Shown here piece after piece: positions 54,195 through 64,000 of a stretch of 64,000 bases of DNA. The translations under genes and the position numbers were made by a program. Below the pieces are notes generated by a model. It was given only the letters and a program-made list of their open reading frames with translations. It searched no databases and was not told where the DNA came from. Each line of letters opens with the position of its first letter. The first letter of the stretch is position 1. Source of the stretch: Eledone cirrhosa (lineage: Eukaryota); the NCBI GenBank assembly GCA_964016885.1, contig OZ024741.1:61008001-61072000 (forward strand), written 5' to 3'.

Positions 54195-57100
54195 CCATTA
54201 ACGAGAGGAAGGCAACGACGACAACAGTGTCATTAACAACAACAACTCTACAATTAACGAGAGGAAGCCAACCCCAGCATCAGTGACTCACCACCAGCTA
54301 CTAGGTCCTATGACAAACTGCTCAGTTGCTCGCATGTGTGCGTGCTGAACTCTGGGTCTTTCCGCTGGTAACAACCCCTTGTTCCCCCCCCCCTTTTTTG
54401 TGTACAAACTCATTTATTTACTGCCATTCTACCTTCCTGTGTCTCCCCCTCCATGCAGCCCCTTTTCGCTCTCGTTTTCTGGCACCTCCATATATATAGG
54501 TGAGCTATGCTGCCCTCTTACCAGCACTTTCCCTTCCACCCACACACGCCAGCCACCCACCCCTGATGCCGCTCGGTGCCCCAATCCCCGGCCCCACGCC
54601 CCATCCCTCACCCCTCCAAATCGACACCTGAAGCACTTGCGGCACCACTAACAAACGGAAGAGGGGCCTGAACTGTTTGGGGTGCGGCTGCTTCCACCAC
54701 CTCACCTGCGTTGGCTTGACTCGTCGAGCTTCCAATGCCCTTGCAGCGTAGAGGTGCAGGAGCTGCTTCTTCCCCACGTCTTCCCAGCCACGGCCGTCTG
54801 GCACACCACCAGATGGGACAGCGAGCTTGCCTGACGCCCGAGCCTCGCTGGTCAACATCGCTCGGCTCAGGCGGCTCCGGAAGATCCCACTCAGGATCCC
54901 GAGAGCGGCACGGGTTCCGTTAGCCGATGCCCTCGCTTCTTCAATTGAGAGCGCTCTGGACTCCAATCGAGCCAGTTACTGGGAGCAGCTGTTCTATTTC
55001 GCCCCACTCGCCATCGGCCTCCCCAGATCTGGCGCTGACCGGGGCGGCCGGTCAACAGCAGCCTTCGTCAAGGCCAATGTCTCGTCATTTGGGCGCCTCA
55101 CACCCCACCCTCAGGTACCCCCTATCCTCCACCCCTGAGGCCAGCGCCAAGCGCTTGCGTGACCAGGTAAACGCAAAGCTTATCATGGGTGATGTCTCGG
55201 CCGCAGTCAGAGTTGTTGCCTTAGAGGACACTGTCCTTCAACCAACCGAGGAGGTCCTGGCTGCTCTGCGGCTCAAACACCCTGAGCCACCCACTAATCT
55301 CAGACCCATACCCCCACCCGACCCCACCTGCTCCTTATGGCTACTGATGCAGATATCATGTCCGCCATCAGGTCCTTCCCAGCTAGCAGCTGCGGAGGTG
55401 TTGATGGCCTCCGACCAGGCCACCTCAAAGAGTTGACATCCCCCCCCCCCTCTCCGCTGAGGCCGGGCGCCGCCTTCTGAGTGCGATTGTGGCACTCACC
55501 AATAGGCTCATTCATGGTGCCCTCGACCCTTATGCCCGAGGCCTCTTTTTTTGGCCAGCCTCACCGCTCTCGGGAAGAAAGAGGGTGGCATACGCCCATT
55601 GCTGTGGGCAATGTCTTCCGGATGCTGGCTGCCAAGGTGATCTGCAAGTCCGTCACACACGAACTGGGTGAGGAGTTTAGTCTGGTGCAACTGGGTGTCG
55701 GCGTGTCCGGTGGCTGTGAGGGAGCCGCTCATGCAATCAGGCAGTTATTCAGCAGCTGCCCATCGGTACCGGCATCCAGGGACTTCATGCACCTCATTGT
55801 CAAGCTTGACATGAGGAATGACTTTAACTCTTTACGCCGGGATCATCTGCTTGAGGCCTGCCTCAGCCGAGCCCCCTTTGTCTACCCGCTGGCCTGTCAT
55901 ATGAAGCCCCGAGAATGCTCCTAGCTGCTGATACGGTCATACCCTCGGCTACTGGGGTCCAACAGGGCGACCCTTTGGGACGCCTCCTGTTCGCCCTTGG
56001 TATTGACCACATCTCCCGGAGTATCACCGCCCCTCTCAACGTTTGGTATCTGGATGATGCTACGTTGGGCGGGCCCGTACGGACGGTCTGCCAAGACCTT
56101 CAATCGGTGATTCCTGCCCTGGCGGGAATTGGCCTCCAGGTCAACTCGGACAAGTCGGAGGTGGTGAACGTCAGCCTCGATTCTGCGAGCTTTGCAGCCT
56201 CCGTCTTGGACGTGCGGTCCATTCTCCGTCAAGTTCAGGTGACCCCCAAAATGGATGTACTCATCTTCGGGTCACCGATCCACCCGCCGGCCATCCGCTC
56301 CACCATCAGGTCCAGGCTTCAACAGCTCCAGACTCTCACGAGCCTACTGGGCTTGATTGACGACCACCCAGCTCTCTTTCTGCTGAGGAACTGCTACGCC
56401 ATGCCGAAGCTCCTCTATACACTCCGCACCGCTCCATGCTACACCCAGACATTTCTCCTCGCTGACCTCGATACTTATATCCGAGCAACAGCCGAGGGGA
56501 TATGCAACGTCAAGTTTGACGACTAGGGTGGCAACAGGCCACTTTACCGGTCAGGTATGGCGGCCTTGGCCTCCGGTCCCCGATCTCACTAGCTTTGCCG
56601 GCGTATTTTTCGTCGGTAACCTCGTGCCGCGTCCTCGTCAGCGGAGTTCTTCAAAACACAACAGAAACCTCTGTGTTCAGAGAACGTGAGGCCGCCTGTG
56701 AGACGTGGGACCGGCTGGGACTTAGCCCAGTAGACGTCTCTCCTCCTTCTCCCCCTGTTGACGTCAAGTCCCCCAACGCACTTGGGATGCCATCCAGTGC
56801 AGCCTGGCCTTAGACAGGCTCACGCTCCAGTTCGACCAGCACCGCCTTGCTTGTTTTCGTGCGGCCTCCAAACCCAACAGTGGTGCCTGGCACCATGCCC
56901 TGCCCTCCTTCGCCACTGGCATGCAGCTACACAACCATAGCCTGCGAATCGGCGTTTCCCTGAGGCTCGGCCTCCGGATCTGCCAGCCACACCAATGCCG
57001 CTGCGGTTCCACCGTGGACTCTTTCGGCCTGAACCCGCTTTCCTGTCTCCACAGTGCCTGTCCCATTCCACGCCATGCTGCCTTCAACGAGGTCATTAAG

Positions 57101-57630
57101 CATGACTTGGACGCTGCAGGCTTCCCTTGCCAGCTCGAGCCGGTGGGGCTGGATCGAGGGGACGGCAAAAGGCCAGATGGCATGACCATCTTCCCGTTCC
57201 GCGGTGGCAAACCACTCGTCTGAGATGCCACTTGCACCGACACTTTCTGAAGCGGCAACCTGGTGCAGTCTGCGACTGACCCACGTTCTGCTGCACGTCG
57301 GGCTGAGGGGGCCAAACTCCTCAAATACCGGTCGCTCTCCGACAGGTTTGCGGTCGTTCCCCTGGCAGTGGAGACTTCTGGTGTCCTCGGCCCAGGGCTA
57401 CCTCCTTACTCACCACCATAGGCGCTGAGCTGGCCAGCCGCAGGTGTGAGCACCGCGAGTTGGAGTAGCTTTTCCAGCGCGTCTCCCTTGCGTCCTCCGG
57501 GGAAACGCCTTCTCCATTCTGTCTGCCGGGGCTGTGGGTGGGCCCCATCGCGTACCAATACATTAGTTAAATACCATTCTTTCATCTGATACAACACAAT
57601 AAAGACTAAAGTGTTTAACAAAAAAAAAAA
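54195..57630 (+). mobile_element. Near full-length degenerate CRE-like non-LTR retrotransposon
   Basis: GC-rich; PIAVGNVFR, QLGVG, KLDMRNDFNSL, GVQQGDPLG, WYLDD, HQCRCG, RH..FN, KRPDG; aataaa and poly(A) at ~57598-57630; many stops and frameshifts. Confidence 0.88.
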
Positions 57631-58219
57631 ATTGATGTTGAAGTAAAAAAAAAAAAAAAAAATTACGTTTGCAGAGTGTATCTCAATTAACCCCCAATTT
57701 AGGTATATTAATTCCCCCATCTACTTTAATCACTCCATTCGATTTCACCTTATTGCATTTCATTTTATACCTTTTCATCTCATTTCTCCAAATTTCAAAA
57801 CAGCTCCATTCCTAAAACACTAATTCTTCCCCACTATATTTCTTCAACCTCACCATCTTCCCCTTCAACTTCTACTTTACCATCACCATCATCATAACTA
57901 TCATCATCATAACAATCATATTCACCATAAACAACACAACCACCACCTCTTCCTCATCCTCCTCTCCTTTTCATCCTCCTCATCCTTCTTCTTCTTCTTC
58001 TTTTTTCTTTTTTCTTTTTTCTCTATATTTTCCTATTCTTTTTTCTTTTGATTCCTTTTCCTTTTATATTTTTATTATTATTGTCGTCATTATTATTGTT
58101 GTTATTCTTTACAATTCCTTACAATTCATCACCTCCCGTTTCCCACTATCCACAATAATCCAATAACGTGTATATAATACGAACACAGGAGATACGTCAA
58201 CAGTTTGGATGTAATCTCT

Positions 58220-58312
58220 CATATTGAAGAAGTGTCGATTAGTCGATTAAGAGTCGGGATCCGATCTCATGATCAAACCCAAGCTGATCGATATCGAAAC
58301 AATTGTAATATG
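58220..58312 (+). ncRNA. Hammerhead-like motif with very long stem II
   Basis: catat-TGAAGA-a-gtgtcgattag...ctgatcgatat-c-GAAA-caattg-TA-atatg, then aataaa and (TA)n. Confidence 0.7.
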
Positions 58313-58348
58313 AAATAAAGTTTACAAAAAACTGCAATTCTTATTGTC

Positions 58349-58404
<56 letters not shown>

Positions 58405-58405
<1 letters not shown>

Positions 58406-59390
58406 TAGCAGCGTTGCCTGGTAGGTAAAATAATATCTGCTTTGATGAAAAGGTGTTGATCTTAGCGACTGCTTCTCGATGACTCATCTATGGCCACACA
58501 CAGGCCATGCGGGGGAGGGTGGTGATGACCTCTATCACTGAGAAACGCCTGTGACTGACGGAGGGGCATGCTGGGAAAGGGAAGTAATGACCTCTAACAC
58601 GAAGCCAAATTTCCTCACGCTACTTGATTGGAAACCGATCAATTCTCAAATACACAACTAAAAGCCTTTGATCAACTATAAGATGTGCAATGATAGGTTC
58701 TATCGTAGTATAAAAGTTGAACCAAATAAATTGATTTATGTGTAAGGTGGAGCCGAAGTTTCGAATTTGAACGAAATCGGTTGAAAAGTGTGGGAGCTAA
58801 AGCCGAAAAAACGGAAATTTGAGCGAAAAGGTGGTATTTTCGAATATTGAAGCGGCTGCCACGCCGTTCCTGAACAAATACTCTAAAATATAAAGCCATT
58901 TTAAGACGTGAAATAATAAGATCTAGCGTAGTGTAAAATTTGAACAAAGTAGGTTGATTAATGTGGAAGCTAGAGCCGAAAAAGTGGAAATTTGAGTCTA
59001 AAAGTGGTATTTTTGAATATTTAAGCGACTGCCACGCCGTCCCTGAACAACAAATGCAAAATATAACGCTATTACAGGATGTGCAATGATAAATTCTATT
59101 TTGCTTTAAATTTGAACGAAATCGGTGGCAAAATGTGGGAGCTAGAGTCCAAAATCTTATTTTTCGATACCTAAAAAAAGGTGACCCCCCCCCCCCCCTC
59201 TATCGATTTTTATCTGCAGAATGACCCCGGAATAAAAAAAAAACGATACGCTGATATATTAGAAAACACTCCCCGATGACTAATCTATGAGCCTGTAAAG
59301 TTTCATGAAAATCGGTCGTAAGATGTAGGCCCCTCTAGGTAATACACAGACACACAGACACACATACTTAATTTTATATATATATACAGA
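58405..59390 (-). mobile_element. Non-autonomous Helitron-like element with ~178-bp internal repeats
   Basis: Minus strand begins aTCtgtatatatataaaat plus (TGTC)-type microsatellite and ends gCTAGt; repeats at ~58760, 58938, 59108. Confidence 0.7.
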
Positions 59391-59391
59391 T

Positions 59392-59483
<92 letters not shown>

Positions 59484-59792
59484 GAGAGAGAGAGAGTATA
59501 ATATATTTAAGGATCTATTTTGCTTTTTTTTTTCCTTTCTTTGATTCGTCAAAGTGGCATTATTGAAAAAATGAGAGGGACAATTCTTTTTAAAAGAGTT
59601 TTATAATGTATATAAAGTATATAAAGTTTAACAGGTTTCGATGTATTAGTAAAATCCATCTTATCAAATGTTGAGTATTACAATTAAAAAGAATTAATAA
59701 GAAGTAAAAATTAAGAATAAAAGATTTAAAATTAAGTGTTGAGGCAAGTTTTTTCATCTTCCTTGGTGTGTGTGTGTGTATGTGTGTACATA

Positions 59793-60120
59793 TATAGGGA
59801 AAAGAAATTGAAAATGCAACAGGGGTCTTTTAATAATATTAATTTTATTTACTTTATTGGTTCCACAGTTCTTATGCTGTTCAAAAGTAGAATTAAGATG
59901 GAGGGTTTGTCTCGCGTGTGATGTGAGATGTGAGACAAACCCTATCTCTATTTTACTTTTGAGAAACGCATAAGAACTGTGAAACCGGTTAAGTAAATGA
60001 ATAAATATTCTTAAAAGACTCCAGTTGCATTTTCAATTTCTTTTCCTTATACATTCACACGTGTAGGACATCTCATTATGTTCCTTTTTTTTTTTTTTAT
60101 AAAAAAAAATCATTTTCTTA
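59793..60120. mobile_element. Head-to-head pair of the 313-515 variant-HHR module
   Basis: 59793-59915 vs 59930-60051; plus arm tactt-TTGAGAAA-..-GAAA-ccgg-TT-aagta. Confidence 0.75.
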
Positions 60121-60496
60121 AGCCTTATCCATCACACAGCGATGATGCATTTTTATAATGCAGAAATCGGTACATACGGATTCGGCGAAACTGCAGTTGG
60201 GACTTTAAAGAAAAAATAGGTATATTTTTATATTTTTGTCTATTATTTCCTCATATTTTTAATTTTATGTATATATATATATGTGTATATATATATAAAT
60301 ATATATATACAGTTATTATATATGTGTGTGTGTGTGTGTGATGTACAGATCCTACTCGTTCATTATTATCTCTCAGTAATCCGAATTTAATAGCATGATA
60401 GTATGACCAACAATCTGTAAATGTGTTATAATAAATAAATATAAATTCAGTAAACAACTTTACGGCACTTCTAATGATATATACTAATCATAATAA

Positions 60497-60540
<44 letters not shown>

Positions 60541-60546
<6 letters not shown>

Positions 60547-60813
60547 GAATGTAACAAGTGCAACCACTACTATATAGGTAGCACAATCCGGCCGCTACAC
60601 ATCCGGATCAAGGAGTACATCAACACAAGGGCCTCGTCTTTCCGGAAACACATGACCAAATGCGGAAACAAAGACGGAAGGCCCATTGTCATAGTTCTAG
60701 CGACGGAAAGAAACGTCGGCACATTACGAATCAAGGAAGCACCGTGGATCAAACGCCTAGGGCCACAAATAAATAACCGATCCGAGAGAAGCGAAATGAG
60801 GTGGTTGGTTTAA
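60541..60813 (+). pseudogene. PLE GIY-YIG endonuclease fragment related to 978-1342
   Basis: KVECNKCNHYYIGSTIRPLHIRIKEYINTRASSFRKHMTKC...LRIKEAPWIKRLGPQINNR...*. Confidence 0.9.
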
Positions 60814-61164
60814 ATAAACAAACGAGGCAACAACACACCCACACTCACACAAGTGAGACAACAACACACGCACACACACACACACACACACAGTAGCATT
60901 CACCAAACAGGAAGAGAATACTATCACCACCACACACTATTCAACACTGCTAATACAGAAACCAGCACGGGCAGATAATGCAATAGATTGACAGCTAATG
61001 CTACACCACTCCCACAATTAAAAGAACTATTTCGGGCGCCGACCTCTAGTTGACCGACCCCATTTCACGCGCGCTCTAATGAATATCTCAGATATTCAAA
61101 ACAACGAACAGCGGAGGACACGTTTCGCACCTATCGGACAGGTAACCTTCCAAAACTGAGGATT

Positions 61165-61923
<759 letters not shown>

Positions 61924-61939
61924 TATACAATAGTTACGG

Positions 61940-62081
61940 TAAACATTTTGACTAGACATGGTTGCATATGCAACTCTCAAGTCGGGAATAATGATGCAAT
62001 TCGATTTAAGCACTCAATATCATGTATTTTCTCTCTCTCTCTCTCTCTCTATCTATTTCTCTCTCTCTCCCTTTCTATCTT

Positions 62082-62140
<59 letters not shown>

Positions 62141-62176
62141 GGGGGGAGAGATAGAGAGAAAGAGAGAGAGAGATAG

Positions 62177-62244
<68 letters not shown>

Positions 62245-62325
62245 TGCATGATATTGAGTGCTTAAACCGAATTGCATCATTATTCCTGAGTTGAGAGTTG
62301 CAACCATGACTAGTCAACATGTTTA
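61940..62325. repeat. Large palindrome: ~90-bp unique arms around (CT)n(TA)n(AG)n
   Basis: 61940-62030 vs 62240-62325; the microsatellite core is itself symmetric. Confidence 0.88.
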
Positions 62326-62509
62326 CATAAATATTGTATAAGTGTAGAAATCCACAATCAGAGAAAAACGGAAATATATACTTGCAAATTTACTTACGTG
62401 ACGGTAACAAATGAATATATTTTGTGAAAATAACCTTGCATCATTCAGTATCCACGTTTGATACAGCAATACCTTTTCACAAACACACGCAGAGAAACAC
62501 ATACACACA

Positions 62510-62542
<33 letters not shown>

Positions 62543-62635
62543 AGTTGCCCCAAAAATGTATACACACTTTGGTTACTTGTACAGGCAATATTTATTAGAA
62601 TGCTCTTGAAGCGCGTATACGTTTTTAGACACACC

Positions 62636-62748
<113 letters not shown>

Positions 62749-62927
62749 TTATGATTGGTATATATCATTAGAAGTGCCGTAAAGTTGTTTTACTGAATTT
62801 ATATTTATTTATTATATAGCGAGTATAACGTGCAATTACTGTAGGTTCACGCGGGTGAGCACACGATGCGTAATTTCTATTCTGTAAAGAGGTGTAGAAC
62901 TAAGCAGAGATGTAAACATAATACCAA

Positions 62928-63189
62928 AAGGACGATTTATGTCTTCATTACGTTTATTGAGTAGTGACGCGCGTTTCCCTATTGATCAGCTGAAGGTTGA
63001 ATCTGTATCAATCAAGCCCGACTCTGGAATCGAAAGCCCGTCTGACCTTTCCTGTCATTTCCACAGCAGAGATCCGACGAGCTCTTGATTCCCGAGTCGG
63101 GCTAGATCAATACAGATCGAAACTTCAGCTGATCAATAGCAAAACGCACGTCACTACTCAATAAACGTAATGAAGACATAACAAATCGT

Positions 63190-63193
<4 letters not shown>
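62928..63193. repeat. Head-to-head HHR-tail inverted repeat
   Basis: 62928-63031 vs 63087-63193; arm gctgatcaatag-(c)GAAA-cgcgcg-TC...aataaa; related single copy at 42483-42575. Confidence 0.85.
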
Positions 63194-63220
<27 letters not shown>

Positions 63221-63799
63221 AGCTTTCACCGTATTTTTTACTAAAGAAATTTGTTAGCCTGATAGTGGGGTTTAGAACCCTCAGAGAAATGGAAAAAGAT
63301 GAGTATTGACATACATGGGAGTCGTACCCACATCTTTGGTTATCCAGACCATTGTGCTACCATTACAGCAACACATCACCCATCTCCTTCCATTCAAATT
63401 AGAAGCTACATTCTTAGCAAGTAAATGACAAGTAAGTATGTTTTGAAACAGTGAGCGAGTTTGAAATTAGAAATATAAGCTTTCACCGTATTTTTGACTA
63501 AAGAAATGGAAAAGAGAAATGGAAAAAGATGAGTATTGACGTGTTGGTGTCATGGTAGCACAGTGGTCTGGATAACCAAAGATGTGGGTTCGACTCCCAT
63601 GTACGTCAATACTCATCTTTTTCTATTTCTCTGAGGGTTCTAAACCCCACTATCAGGCTAAAAAATGTCTTTAGTCAAAAATATGGTGAAAGCTTATATT
63701 TCTAATTTCAAACTCGCTTACTGTTTCAAAACATACTTACTTGTCATTTACTTGCTAAGAATGTAGCTTCTAATTTGAATGGAAGGAGATGGGTGATGT
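63221..63799. mobile_element. 257-bp tRNA-containing unit, tandem plus inverted, between (TA)n tracts
   Basis: agctttcaccgtatt recurs at 63221 and 63478; 63538-63799 is an inverted full unit. Confidence 0.85.
63538..63608 (+). tRNA. tRNA-like cloverleaf (loop CTGGATA, nominal anticodon GGA), probably repeat-borne rather than a decoding tRNA
   Basis: Acceptor gacgtgt/gtacgtc, D arm gtgt/gcac, anticodon arm tggt/acca, T arm gtggg-TTCGACT-cccat; T5 run about 10 nt downstream; second copy 63307-63377 (-). Confidence 0.5.
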
Positions 63800-64000
63800 A
63801 TATATATATGTGTGTGAATGTGTGTGTGTACAGGGGCCGTCTGTTGCAGCGAACGCGCCGATTAAAGAAATATCTCTGTATCAATTCTCTGTTCATATTT
63901 TGCCGTAACCCTGAAGTTGATTACTAAATCTTTACTGTATTTTACACCCAAAAATGTCGTCGGATACCTTCCGTCTTGATGTAAACCACCGGCCATAGAA

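Noticed and set aside
63538-63608. Functional tRNA-Ser gene
   Set aside because: Short variable arm, wobble-rich acceptor, 4-bp anticodon stem and repeat context; kept only as tRNA-like

Overview
Eukaryotic, AT-rich, microsatellite-dense window ((TA)n, (CA)n, (GA)n, (CATA)n) with no intact host gene that I can support. The SINE/repeat repertoire resembles an octopus genome (inference from recalled repeat motifs, not a search). Nearly all ORF-track entries are microsatellite read-through. The real content is mobile DNA: several 5'-truncated Penelope-like element (PLE) GIY-YIG remnants, RTE, CR1-like, R4/Dong-like and CRE-like non-LTR retrotransposons, mariner- and maT-like DNA transposon relics, Helitron-like non-autonomous elements and tRNA-derived SINEs. 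The most striking layer is a dense set of type I hammerhead ribozyme (HHR) motifs, about 8 canonical or near-canonical plus many degenerate, folded by hand. They sit in short non-coding modules bounded by (TA)n, very often as head-to-head inverted pairs. Highlights are a ~560-bp tandem-plus-inverted retrozyme-like HHR array (44.8-46.8 kb) and a 257-bp tandem unit built around a tRNA-like cloverleaf (63.2-63.8 kb, with a relative beside an HHR at 3 kb). Coordinates were counted by hand and element boundaries are approximate.
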